Below, piece by piece: positions 1 through 11,336 of a stretch of 64,000 nt of DNA. Position numbers and translations under genes: made by a program. A model generated the notes under the pieces. That model was not told the DNA's origin. It worked only from the letters and a program-made list of their open reading frames with translations, and searched no databases. This stretch comes from Diplonema japonicum (taxonomy: Eukaryota > Protista > Euglenozoa: Diplonemea): contig OZ025664.1 of the NCBI GenBank assembly GCA_964019335.1, positions 697,524 through 761,523 on the forward strand. Reading direction: 5' to 3'. The number at the start of each line of letters is the position of its first letter. The stretch's first letter is position 1.

Positions 1-898
1 CCACTTTGGGATCACAGCATATCAGCATTCTCTATACTCGCACAGGTAGGAAGTTGAGAAAAAAGAAAAAGAAAATATGTTCGGTGTCAACACTTGTCTG
101 TTTTTCCTGGGGCCTTTCGCTCCCTTCTACCCCGTTGCCTTCCGTCTGTTCAACCTTAAGGTGACCCGGGCCACAAACGCTCATCATGCGACCCTCCTTT
201 TGAGCACTGTCGCCGCCTTCTTCTTGGCACAATCGGTATGAAAAAAAAAAAAAAAAAAAAAAAAGAAAATAAAGAATTATCACAGGCGACTGTTCGAGAG
301 AAGTCCGGCATGATCACCAGGAACACCCAGTTCCGTTAAGAATTTAAAAAAGAAGGGAAAAAAAAAAAAAAAAAAGAACATCCACTGTAAAATTTTTTTT
401 GACTTCGAAGGAAAAAAAAAAAAGATAAGGAAAAGAGGGGAAAAACCGTGCCATTTTCTCTTTCCACTCCACCGTCTCTAGAAGGGGGCGTTCCCATGAT
501 TGAAAGTGCACCGCCAGTCATTTTCTTTTTTTTCTTTTGAGTGTTTTTCCCCCCACCCACTTTTTCTTTTATTCATATGTCCCACCCAATATTTCTTTTT
601 TTCTTTACTCCCCCCCCCCCCCCCCCCCCCGGGTTTTTTTCTTAATAAGCGAAAGTCATTTTTCATTGGTGATTTAAATATTTTTTTTTTCCTTTTTTTT
701 TTTCCGGCTTTTTTCTTTCACCCTTCGACCCCCTGCAGGCCGAGATGTACCACATGGCGGTACCACTACCACGTAATAACCCTGTTATGGTTTTCTTTTC
801 CCCACTGCCAGCGGCCTTACCCTTCCCGTTTACCGCCAATGCTTTCCTTGTAGACATTGTAGAAGTGTGAAGGCAGCCTAAGCCTACAGGTACCAAAG

Positions 899-2971
899 AT
901 GCTGTGGTCCAGACGAGTGTTGTTGTTCGGCTGTGTCGTACTGTTTACTTATTTGAACATCTCTCAGCCGGACAAGGAGAACACGGAGCCCCCTCGCAGT
1001 TCGTATCCTCATGCAGTGCTTAGTCTCCTGAAGCACCTGCATGGCGCGCACGGCTCCCCCCGAGGCCTGGACATCAACGACAGCAGCGACACAGAGGACG
1101 CCATCGACCTCACTCTTGTCCATGAGCCTCATCGCACGGTGGTGGATCTTGATCTCATCCACCACCACGACCACCACGAGAGTGCCGGTGGTGCGTCTCA
1201 CAACAGCAACACTCACAGCAGAGGTGATGCGTCTCACGGCAGCAGCAGTAGTGCAGTTGACACAGATTTCTCCAAAGCAGACGGTGGCAGCAGTTCTTCT
1301 GCAATCGAAGAAGGTGAACCTGCAGGCAGCAGTGCCGGTTCTGCTGCGGAAGGCGATATGAAAACAGCACCAGTCTTCACGATCCACGGTTCTGAAACAC
1401 ATAACGATAGAGGCAGAGCGGCCCCTGCACCCGACGGTGGCAAGTCAGGCAGCCAAGGGGACAGTTCAGATTCAGACAGCCGGAATTCAAGCAGTCAAGG
1501 TGATACGTCAGGCAGTCAAGGCGACACTTCTGGTTCAGGTAGTCAAGGTGACACTTCTGGTTCAGGTAGTCAAGGTGATGTGTCAGGCAGTCAAGGCGAC
1601 ACTTCTGGTTCAGGTAGTCAAGGTGATACGTCAGGCAGTCAAGGTGATGAGTCAGGCAGCCAAAGTGCAAGTACTGACAGCTCTGCAGGCACAGACAAGC
1701 TAAACCAGAGTCGCATAGACGATGATGGGGTAGGCAGCAACGAGAATTATGACGAGGGCGGGATGGCAAATGCAACCCTTGTTCGTGTCCAAGAGTATGA
1801 TGAAGCACTGGCGGAGCTGTTGGGAAGTCCAAAACCCCTAGTCTCCTATGACCCACGCAAGGTGTGGTACTGGGGTGGGACTCTGCGGGAGACAATGCTC
1901 AAACTGCTTGTTGCGTCTGCACGCAATGCAGGAGAGGGCGAGTGCAGGCTGAATTTACTGGAGGAGGCGTACTGGTCAAGCAGGAACGGGTCAGATGCAA
2001 TTGGAAACGAAACCTTCGTTGCGATCACGACCGCCACCAGCCAAGGCCACGCAGACGTCGTGGCTGGGAGCAGCTTCACCACGTGTTTAATATCCGTCAC
2101 ACGGAACATCAACGTTGACAAGCTGTACACCCCAGACACCATCAGTGATGATGTGCTTCAGTTTAAGAAGAACCTTTCAGAGAGCTACCCATTGGCGATT
2201 AGACCCTTGGGCACAGTGTGCCCGTCTGAGTTGCAGATGAAGCAAGCACTTGGTGTGCTGTCGAAGGACCTTAGCTGGAAATCAGATTTTATAAACCTCC
2301 TTCTGAAGGCACACCCGCTGATAATGGGCGACTCCATCGCAAACGGTGTAGGTGTGACAAAGGAGCAAAGGTGGCATGCCATCTTCAGAGGACAATTGGA
2401 AAAGGTCACAGGTGTGAAGGCCAACTGGACGGTCCCTTGCATAGCTGCAAAGAGTGGGTTTTCGCTGAAGAAGCTACACTTTCGTGCAGTTAAAAAGCCG
2501 AAGTATTTCATGACCCCTGACCCAGTGGTGCAGATGAAGTTATGCTTAAAGACGCGACCTGAGGTGCTGATATTTGCCATGGGGACGAACGATTACGTAG
2601 AGAACACGAGTCTGAACGAGTTCGTTTCTTACATGGAATGGTTCGTGAAGTGGTCTGTACACAGGACCAAGGGTGGTATACGTGCTGTTGTCGTTTTGAC
2701 GCCATTAATCCCTCCCATTGGAAAGAAGTACTTGTCGCACACGGAGCACAGTTGGCACGGTGAGGTACTTGCCAGACTACGTGTTTCAGTGAAGCGCCTG
2801 AAGACCCTCCACTCGCTGGAGTACGCACTGCTTGCCGATGTCGACACGGCAGTCAGGTGGTGTGCCGAGCACAATTACGTGGACGGCGTGCACCCCAATG
2901 GACGGGGCCATCTGTTGATGGCTTTGGAACTTCTGCGAGCCACGCGGGCTGCAGATACATTTACACTTTAA
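899..2971 (+). CDS. SGNH/GDSL-family hydrolase (esterase/acyltransferase) with N-terminal signal-anchor and Ser/Gly-rich stalk
   Basis: 690-aa ORF; hydrophobic N-terminus (VLLFGCVVLFTYL); SGNH blocks LIMGDSIANG (I), FAMGTND (III) and DGVHPNGRGH (V); SQGDTSG(SG) repeats in the stalk. Confidence 0.8.
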   Translation: MLWSRRVLLFGCVVLFTYLNISQPDKENTEPPRSSYPHAVLSLLKHLHGAHGSPRGLDINDSSDTEDAIDLTLVHEPHRTVVDLDLIHHHDHHESAGGASHNSNTHSRGDASHGSSSSAVDTDFSKADGGSSSSAIEEGEPAGSSAGSAAEGDMKTAPVFTIHGSETHNDRGRAAPAPDGGKSGSQGDSSDSDSRNSSSQGDTSGSQGDTSGSGSQGDTSGSGSQGDVSGSQGDTSGSGSQGDTSGSQGDESGSQSASTDSSAGTDKLNQSRIDDDGVGSNENYDEGGMANATLVRVQEYDEALAELLGSPKPLVSYDPRKVWYWGGTLRETMLKLLVASARNAGEGECRLNLLEEAYWSSRNGSDAIGNETFVAITTATSQGHADVVAGSSFTTCLISVTRNINVDKLYTPDTISDDVLQFKKNLSESYPLAIRPLGTVCPSELQMKQALGVLSKDLSWKSDFINLLLKAHPLIMGDSIANGVGVTKEQRWHAIFRGQLEKVTGVKANWTVPCIAAKSGFSLKKLHFRAVKKPKYFMTPDPVVQMKLCLKTRPEVLIFAMGTNDYVENTSLNEFVSYMEWFVKWSVHRTKGGIRAVVVLTPLIPPIGKKYLSHTEHSWHGEVLARLRVSVKRLKTLHSLEYALLADVDTAVRWCAEHNYVDGVHPNGRGHLLMALELLRATRAADTFTL
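1445..1665 (+). repeat. Coding tandem repeat (21/27-nt units) encoding SQGDTSG / SQGDTSGSG
   Basis: Repeated units such as agtcaaggcgacacttctggttcaggt are directly visible. Confidence 0.85.
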
Positions 2972-3041
2972 TTAAATCAATTTGACTAGAGTATTTAGTA
3001 GTCAACCAAAAGCTTCTCTATCACCAAGCTCATACAGATTA

Positions 3042-4433
3042 ATGGGATGGGCATCAGATGTCGGCTTACTGCTGAGGAATAGAGGGGGCACGAAGGACAC
3101 TGACGATGAAGCGCTTCAGGCCTTGAAAGGACATCTAGTTGAGTTGGAAGACGTTGTGAGTGAGTGCGTGACTCTGGATAATAAGAAGGAGGCGGAGATG
3201 TGGCTTGTTGACAGAATAAGCAAGGTGCACATTGAAGGGTCCCTGCAAACCGACATCTTCCACAAGGTGATGCACAGCGAGGGAGCGCTTGACCCAAACG
3301 TTGTGTCGAGTGTGCTGGAGTGCATGTGTGAGCATGGCAAGGAGCTACTGGGGAGAGTGCTGTGCCACAATAGCGAGTGGGAGAGCGTCTTCGACGACGA
3401 TGACCATGTGCGGGCCTGGTTCCCTAGCATGGTGTTCGACGGTGGCCACGGTGTGGTGGCTCCACGGGGATCTGCACCCCTTCGAGATTTCATCTTTGCT
3501 GAACGGTGTGAGTTGTGGGAGCAGGTGGAATGGCGGTCTGGAAGCAGCGGCCACCCCCCTGTATTGACGGTAAACCGTCCCACGCTGCAGTTGGAGATAG
3601 ATACGTACAAAACAGCAAAGAGATTACTAAAACAGCTGCTGAGGTCGTCACAATGGGCTGCCTCGCTACCGGCGGGGGACGTGCTTGACGTGGACAGGGC
3701 GGCCTTTGTGAAGTATTTTGCATCTCTGCTCACAAGCAGCAGCAACGACCCTGTGCTGGTGGCCATGGTGCGTGATAGTATTAAGAGGTTTCTGCGAACA
3801 GTGCCTTGGGCCACTCTTGTGGCACACATTGCTGCAACCTGCGGTGAGAGCGTCGTTATGGACATCTGCAAGCTCCTCCCTAAGGGGTCCTTGCTAGAGT
3901 GGGACAGTTACAGAGAGGTGCTGTTGTACAACGCTCTGTCCGAAAAGCTACCTTTGGTGCTGAATATGATACGAAATGGGGACACAGAAAAGCTATGCAG
4001 TTTGCTGAATATTTACAGCACCCGCGCGGCTTCCAATGACTATGTCGCATTTGCAAGGCTAGGTACCACCCGTGCGCGCCTGTTGTTGCTATTTCGATCC
4101 TGTTTCATAACAGGATATTTACCTGTTCCGGATGTTGCACACGTCCTTCGCCTCGAGGGCTTCAGCGCCACTGCTGTAGAGCAGGACCCTGCGTACTTCG
4201 TGGAGCAGCTGTCGGATGATGAAGACCCCATGGCGTGTTTTTTGGCTGATCGAGAAAAGAGTGCCAAAAAGAAAAAGAAAAGCAAGCGAAAAACCACTCC
4301 CAAAAAGAAAACTTGCAAGCGGCGCAAGGCGCTGCCAACAATCGGCTGGACTATCGAGGGACACAGCGGTATGGTTAGCTGCCACGACATTGTTTACTTT
4401 GTTGCCTCTGTGTTTAAAGAGCGGTGGGGCTAG
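3042..4433 (+). CDS. Hypothetical protein with Lys-rich (NLS-like) C-terminal patch
   Basis: Long ORF; first ATG at 3042 follows a CAG acceptor; no recognised domain. Confidence 0.6.
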   Translation: MGWASDVGLLLRNRGGTKDTDDEALQALKGHLVELEDVVSECVTLDNKKEAEMWLVDRISKVHIEGSLQTDIFHKVMHSEGALDPNVVSSVLECMCEHGKELLGRVLCHNSEWESVFDDDDHVRAWFPSMVFDGGHGVVAPRGSAPLRDFIFAERCELWEQVEWRSGSSGHPPVLTVNRPTLQLEIDTYKTAKRLLKQLLRSSQWAASLPAGDVLDVDRAAFVKYFASLLTSSSNDPVLVAMVRDSIKRFLRTVPWATLVAHIAATCGESVVMDICKLLPKGSLLEWDSYREVLLYNALSEKLPLVLNMIRNGDTEKLCSLLNIYSTRAASNDYVAFARLGTTRARLLLLFRSCFITGYLPVPDVAHVLRLEGFSATAVEQDPAYFVEQLSDDEDPMACFLADREKSAKKKKKSKRKTTPKKKTCKRRKALPTIGWTIEGHSGMVSCHDIVYFVASVFKERWG

Positions 4434-4512
4434 CCATCGTTCACGGACTACATTGAGTACTTTCATGTTTGTTTCGCACATTCTGCATCAATTCAGCAGG
4501 TTGGGGTTTTGT

Positions 4513-6921
4513 ATGATGTTAGCTCCATGGTTGTTTCTGCCTGTTATGGCACAGGCGGCGGTTATAAGTGGCCCGAGCGACGAAATGATGTGTCGGGATG
4601 TGGTGTCTGTGTTTGACAGCGATGACAACGGGTTATTGGACATTGATGAGTTCAGTGAGTTCACACAGCAGTTCCCGTTGAACGAATCTGTCGACGTGAC
4701 AATATTCTGCAGTGTCTACCGGTGCGCACGGAAGAGCGAGGCCAGTCCAGTAGATCTCTGCAAGTACTATGATGGGGCGGATATTGCCAATGTGCACAGT
4801 AATCTTCGTACGCGAATTGTTTACATGCAAGGCAGCGCGGCCAGTGGTGGTGACGGTAGCTTTGAAAGGCCTATGAGCCTTTTAGGTGACGCGTTTGCAG
4901 CATGCTCCGTCGGGATGCCTTGCAAGATATATTTCATCCCTGACACAAGTCCCATTCAGGGCGTGGCACTTTCCGTGTCAAGCAGAACCCTGACGATAGC
5001 TGCTTCTCCATACAGCAGTTCAAATATTCCCTCCCTTGCCGACACTGGACCTGTTGCCTCTTTTGTCCAGATAGAGCCTATCCTGGACTGCATGTCGAAA
5101 GGCGGTTTGAACTTGACTAGCGGCACATACACCTTCAGAGGCTTTACAATGAAGAACTGCGCTAACCTAGGGTCGGGTGGCGCTATAACCATCTATGAAG
5201 GTAGCCTCAATCTCCACAACATGATCTTAGCCGACAACAGTGCGGACGACAACGGTGGGGCAGTTGCTGCGTCGTCGTCTCTCCTCACGTTCACTGGGAC
5301 GACCTTCTCCCGCAACTCCGCGGTGTGGAACGGCGGTGCTCTCTACACTGATAATTGCGGTGTAGAACTCGATGCCGTTTTCTTATCCAACCAAGCCTTC
5401 TTGGGGAACGGGTACTACTGCAAAGGCGGTTCAGGCAAGCACACCGTCACTAAGTTCGTGACCCGTGGGGTTGAGGTGGCATGTGATTCATGCAGCACCA
5501 GCGCCATGTCATGCCCGGATAGTTCCTTGCACCAGATGTGCTCGTCTGATAACGACTGTGATAGCATCAGTGAGTACTGTGCTGTGAACCGTCTCTGCAA
5601 GGCTTGCAAAGAGTGCACTATCTCAGATGCGCTTGTGGGGAGCTGCCGTCCTTGCAACGGAAGATCTGCATTTACACAACCACCACACACTGAGGCACCT
5701 AGAACTGGGGCCCCTATCCCCTACATCCATAACCAGACGACTGGCGAGAGCTGTCTCTGCCCTTTTTACGTGGGTGACGCAGATTCTAAACTCCCAGTTG
5801 TTTGTGTCGGCACCCATTCATGCAGGCAGCCTGAGCCGACGTGTCCCGGTGAAGGTGGCTACTACACGTGCAGCGGGAACACGAACAGCAAGGTCGGTAG
5901 GCTGTGGTACACACGTGTTGATGCCAACGAAGTGCACAGGATGCTGGCTAGTGTCATAAATGCTGAAAAGTTGAGCTTGGGGTATACTGTCACTCTACAG
6001 TGTCCTGCAGAAGTGTGCCAACCGACATGCAGCAGCAACAAAACAGAGCTGTTGACAAAGGGCTGCGTCGAGCCAAGAAGCAACGCGATGCTCAGGTCCG
6101 CAAACGAGAGTGGTTTTCTTGATTTTAGATTCGAGCTGGACCCACTGCTTGGCGTGTATCAGCGTGCAACTACCATGCTGCAGTTGAGAAGCCAGGTCTC
6201 TGTAGAGGTGGCAACAAGGGATCTGAACGAAGTGACGAAGTACGAGATAGTGGATGCACCGAGCACTGTGGACTCCAATGATCCGGAGCCACAGAAGGAC
6301 AGTGCAGAGGACTCGAAAACTATGTTCTATGTGGTTCTAGGTACCGTTTGTGTACTTTTCATATTTGCCGTAGTAATGATAGCTCTTGTGAATCTGACGA
6401 ATTTCGGAAAAAGAGTTCCAAGGAAGCCTGTCATAGAGGAAGAGCGTGAGGTGTACACCAATGTGAACGATTATAATGTGCAGCGGGCAAACCCCTTGGT
6501 CCTGCTGGACCAGGAAGTGGTTGACAGACGTATGATTAGTGCACCGGCACCTGTTGAAAAGGACAGCTCTAGTGAGCAGCATGAGGAAGTGCAGGCACCC
6601 GTCACCGAGTCAGATGGGACTGATCTTCAGAAGCTCGAGACGGAACCTGAATGTGAGGAGGATGGAGAAACAGCAGAACCATCACGTGTTCCAAAAGAGA
6701 ACCATGACGACAGTGAGGAGGAGCAGACTGCGTCCCCTGAGCCCCGTGGCCCGCCTTCTCTAAGGGGCCACACACATACACCCTCGTCTACCATAGCATC
6801 GGTTGACGGCTTCGGTATCTCAGTGATGCCCTCGCTGCCCCCTATGTCTACGTCCGTTGCCTCTGCCTCCCCTCAGAAGCCTTCGGAGGTCTTCTCCGAT
6901 GCTGAAGGCACCACACCTTGA
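4513..6921 (+). CDS. Type I membrane protein: signal peptide, EF-hand, GGA(I/V/L)-FxxN (Pmp-like beta-helix) repeats, Cys-rich region, TM helix, acidic tail
   Basis: MMLAPWLFLPVMAQA signal; DSDDNGLLDIDE EF-hand loop; GGAI, GGAV, GGAL with FSRN/FLSN; TM segment MFYVVLGTVCVLFIFAVVMIALV. Confidence 0.7.
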   Translation: MMLAPWLFLPVMAQAAVISGPSDEMMCRDVVSVFDSDDNGLLDIDEFSEFTQQFPLNESVDVTIFCSVYRCARKSEASPVDLCKYYDGADIANVHSNLRTRIVYMQGSAASGGDGSFERPMSLLGDAFAACSVGMPCKIYFIPDTSPIQGVALSVSSRTLTIAASPYSSSNIPSLADTGPVASFVQIEPILDCMSKGGLNLTSGTYTFRGFTMKNCANLGSGGAITIYEGSLNLHNMILADNSADDNGGAVAASSSLLTFTGTTFSRNSAVWNGGALYTDNCGVELDAVFLSNQAFLGNGYYCKGGSGKHTVTKFVTRGVEVACDSCSTSAMSCPDSSLHQMCSSDNDCDSISEYCAVNRLCKACKECTISDALVGSCRPCNGRSAFTQPPHTEAPRTGAPIPYIHNQTTGESCLCPFYVGDADSKLPVVCVGTHSCRQPEPTCPGEGGYYTCSGNTNSKVGRLWYTRVDANEVHRMLASVINAEKLSLGYTVTLQCPAEVCQPTCSSNKTELLTKGCVEPRSNAMLRSANESGFLDFRFELDPLLGVYQRATTMLQLRSQVSVEVATRDLNEVTKYEIVDAPSTVDSNDPEPQKDSAEDSKTMFYVVLGTVCVLFIFAVVMIALVNLTNFGKRVPRKPVIEEEREVYTNVNDYNVQRANPLVLLDQEVVDRRMISAPAPVEKDSSSEQHEEVQAPVTESDGTDLQKLETEPECEEDGETAEPSRVPKENHDDSEEEQTASPEPRGPPSLRGHTHTPSSTIASVDGFGISVMPSLPPMSTSVASASPQKPSEVFSDAEGTTP

Positions 6922-7366
6922 TGGAACCGTGCTGCACAGCTAGCCTAATCCTCCAGTCGCAGCCTATGCTGTTGTTAGAAATTCACTTTTTCCCATGTAC
7001 CAATTTCTTTTAGTTATAAATTTCTTAGTACGTTTCACTTCCAGAAGTAGTGGCTCCTTACAAAAATGAGCATTGCAACGCACCGACAGGGTTTAAAAAA
7101 AAAGGAACAGAGGAATTTTGGTAAGTGGCAAAGATGTTGCTCCCCCCACTCATCATAAGTGTAGATGAAAAAAAATAAAAAAGAAAATGAAAAAGAAAAA
7201 AAAGGAAAGGAGTTAAAAAGTTCTTCCTTAAAGAGTCGCCCGTCAAAAGAAGCACCTCTGTTCCCTGTCGTTTGGTTTGCGAACCCGTTCTTTGTTGATT
7301 TTCTCTTTTCCCTTTCTTTTTATTCGTCACTCGCGTATCACCGCTTCACAGGAAAGCTAGAAAAGT

Positions 7367-8634
<1,268 letters not shown>

Positions 8635-8722
8635 TTTAATGTGTCAGCAAAAAAAAGAAGAAGAAAAAAATGGAATCTCGAAAAGAAGAAATGAAATTTA
8701 TCTAACGCCGAGCTTAGTTCGA

Positions 8723-8754
<32 letters not shown>

Positions 8755-9064
8755 GTCCATTCCCCAATCACGTTGCCGCGTAGCGTTTTTGCTGCTTTAT
8801 TCCTTTTTTATTATCAGGAAAAAGAAAGAAGAGAAAAGGAGAAAGAGCACGCAATCCAGCGGCCCTGCCTACGTTCATATCTGTTTAGGTCGCTTTGTCT
8901 GTAGTTCCTTTAAGACTTTTTCTGGTGTGGTACATCATAGGCTTACTTTCTTGCGGTATGGGCTGGGCTGGGCTGGGGGCGTTGTGACCGTTGCCTTTGT
9001 ACTGGAATGGCGTAAGCAGAGCCCGTGTTCTGTACCGAGTAATAGTACTTTCTCCGCTATCGAG

Positions 9065-9102
<38 letters not shown>

Positions 9103-9806
9103 GTCACCGGCACCTTTCCTCCCCATCCCTGCGCGGGTCTTGCAAGTGGAAGCACCCAGCAGACAAGGATGGATATCTTGCCGAATGAAAGAGAAAAAAA
9201 AAAAAGAAATCCAACAAAAGAAATTTAAAAAAAGGAATGGAAGGGGGAAAAAAAAAAAAGGAACCGTTTTTTTTTTTAACTGCGCTTGCTGTGCGCACTA
9301 GCGGGAAGAAGAGAAAAGGGAATAAAATAGTAATAATACTTCACAAGAAGAAAGAGGGAAATGAAAGAAAGAAATAATGGGGGGGGGGAGAAACAGCTAG
9401 AGAGGGGTTTGAGGCTTGAGTTGTACCTCCACCTTTCCTTCCTTCTCGATTAGTGTTCTTCGTATAGAGATGTGTGGCTGCCTTGCTGACGTCAGGGATA
9501 ATAGTGCTATGTTTTTTTCGTTTTTCTCCTGGGGTAGTCGTTGCTAACACTCCCCCTTATGTATTCCCCTCTGATGGTCTTTCTTGCCTGGTTGTGCCCG
9601 GTGTTCATTGCCGCAGGTTACGCATTCTCGAAGCACGCAGCATGGCACCACGCGTCAGCAGATCCACCGGCTGTGGCCTTTCCACCCCCCACCCCCTCTT
9701 CTTCTTCTTTGTTTTCAGTTACGTATTCTTTACTTTTGTGCAGTTTTCCTTCTTTAAATACGTACTTCACTGTCAACTACCACACAACAGACGTTAGCCT
9801 CATGTG

Positions 9807-10325
9807 ATGAGACGTGTAGTAGTGCACAGAGCTGAGGACGGCAGGGTAGGCGTGACATGCGTGGGGCGCAAGGTGACTGAGGTTGAGCGAGAGTGCGGCA
9901 TCCGCAAAGGCGACACGCTCATCGCCGTGAACGGCATAGAGGTGCGTGACGACTCTGGGCATGTGGTCGATGCCTTCCGTACATGCCCGGACAGCTTCGA
10001 GGTGGTCCTGCATCGCGAGCATGGCGGCATTGAGGACACGTTGAATGTTGCAAGCTTACCGCAAAAGAGGGGTCCCTACTCCTTCAGCCCTCCTTTCGAG
10101 CATCAAGACGGTGTAGGTTGTGCTAGGATGGCGCACCGCCTGCGCACGCAATCTATACGCAGACAACAGTTGTCCAGTTCCCAGCTGGCAACACCTACCT
10201 TCTCATCCCCGTGGATTACACAAGACTCCCGCCCTCCATGGATGTCCACAGGCACCACTAGGCACCCCCCTCCAGAACTGCTCTCAAAGAGCATTAGCCC
10301 ACCAAGGCGTCGCCCGGCTTTGTAG
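9807..10325 (+). CDS. Small PDZ-domain protein
   Basis: RAEDGRVGVTC...GIRKGDTLIAVNGIEV...FEVVLHR matches the PDZ pattern. Confidence 0.65.
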   Translation: MRRVVVHRAEDGRVGVTCVGRKVTEVERECGIRKGDTLIAVNGIEVRDDSGHVVDAFRTCPDSFEVVLHREHGGIEDTLNVASLPQKRGPYSFSPPFEHQDGVGCARMAHRLRTQSIRRQQLSSSQLATPTFSSPWITQDSRPPWMSTGTTRHPPPELLSKSISPPRRRPAL

Positions 10326-10394
10326 TTTGTAGTTAGTACTGTACCTTGTTTATTGTAGCATCTCATCGTCTTGCTCTGCCCACACTTCTTAGGA

Positions 10395-11273
10395 ATGCGA
10401 CATGCGACACTGGTCTTAACATGCCTGCCGTGGGTGCTGCTGCTGTTGTGCTATAGTCACACGGCTGTGAGCACAAGTGCGTGGAGGATGGCAGCCCTGG
10501 CTGCAGTGGAGAAAGAGACAGCAAGGGCCAAGGGAGAAATCGAAACAGGGTTGGCAGACTTGGATATTTGCAAGAGCAAGATAGCGAACACCGAGGAGCT
10601 TACTAAGCAGTTGGTCCAGATACACGAGGCAATCATTAAGAGGGCGAAGAAGGTGGAAGAGCCTGTCATGCAGCGAATGGATGGGTTGTGGGATGTGTCT
10701 GTTGACGAACTGAGAAGGTACGTGAAGGAGGGCAACAAAGAAGCCTTGGCAGGGGTTTCGAGGGAGTATTTACGTGACCTGAGGTATGGGAATGACTGGA
10801 CGCTGATGCATGTGGCAGTGAGTATGAACAGCAGTGTGGACATACTGCGCACAATGGAGCATTTGAAAGACACACCGGACAGGTTCGGCTGCACCCCCAT
10901 GTGTCTAGCTTTAGAGTTGCGGTCTCCTACGCTACAGCATTTAATCGAGTTAGGCGCGAACCCCTTCATACCAACTAAAGATGGTCGTCCCCCGTCGGCA
11001 TCAACCTACTTAGCGGCGTACGTTACGTCGCTCTTTACTGAGAGCGTCACCCCTCAAGCCGAGCTGCCTGACCTTACCTCCGCCCTATCTCTCTACTGGG
11101 CACCGTTTCTTACGACACCCGACCCTGTGGATCTTTCTCTTTTCCACCCCCCCGATTACCCTCTCCCTGCTACACCGCGACAGGTGATGAAAACTCTCCT
11201 CGCATGGCGGCCTCGGGGTGAATCCACGGAGGCCGCCTTGCAGCGCATCACTAAATGGCTTGCGACACTTTAG
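10395..11273 (+). CDS. Signal-anchored coiled-coil plus ankyrin-repeat protein
   Basis: Hydrophobic N-terminus; ankyrin-like NDWTLMHVAV, DRFGCTPMCLAL, LIELGANPFIPTKDG; ATG 3 nt after a TTAG acceptor. Confidence 0.7.
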   Translation: MRHATLVLTCLPWVLLLLCYSHTAVSTSAWRMAALAAVEKETARAKGEIETGLADLDICKSKIANTEELTKQLVQIHEAIIKRAKKVEEPVMQRMDGLWDVSVDELRRYVKEGNKEALAGVSREYLRDLRYGNDWTLMHVAVSMNSSVDILRTMEHLKDTPDRFGCTPMCLALELRSPTLQHLIELGANPFIPTKDGRPPSASTYLAAYVTSLFTESVTPQAELPDLTSALSLYWAPFLTTPDPVDLSLFHPPDYPLPATPRQVMKTLLAWRPRGESTEAALQRITKWLATL

Positions 11274-11336
11274 GATATCAAATGATAGGATGTTGCCTGT
11301 TGTCACTTTGCTTGTAATTAATATCTCAGGTGAACG

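Noticed and set aside
4216-4512. N-terminal extension of the 901-aa ORF overlapping the upstream gene
   Set aside because: It overlaps the 3042-4433 CDS; the signal peptide begins at ATG 4513 after a CAG acceptor.
8635-9067. C-terminal extension of the MAPK in ORF 8111-9067
   Set aside because: The 8576-8613 intron gives a normal MAPK ending at 8634; the extension is low-complexity UTR.
9541-9807. Small hydrophobic ORF upstream of the PDZ gene
   Set aside because: It may be a small membrane protein but has no motif and a pyrimidine-rich composition; not supportable.
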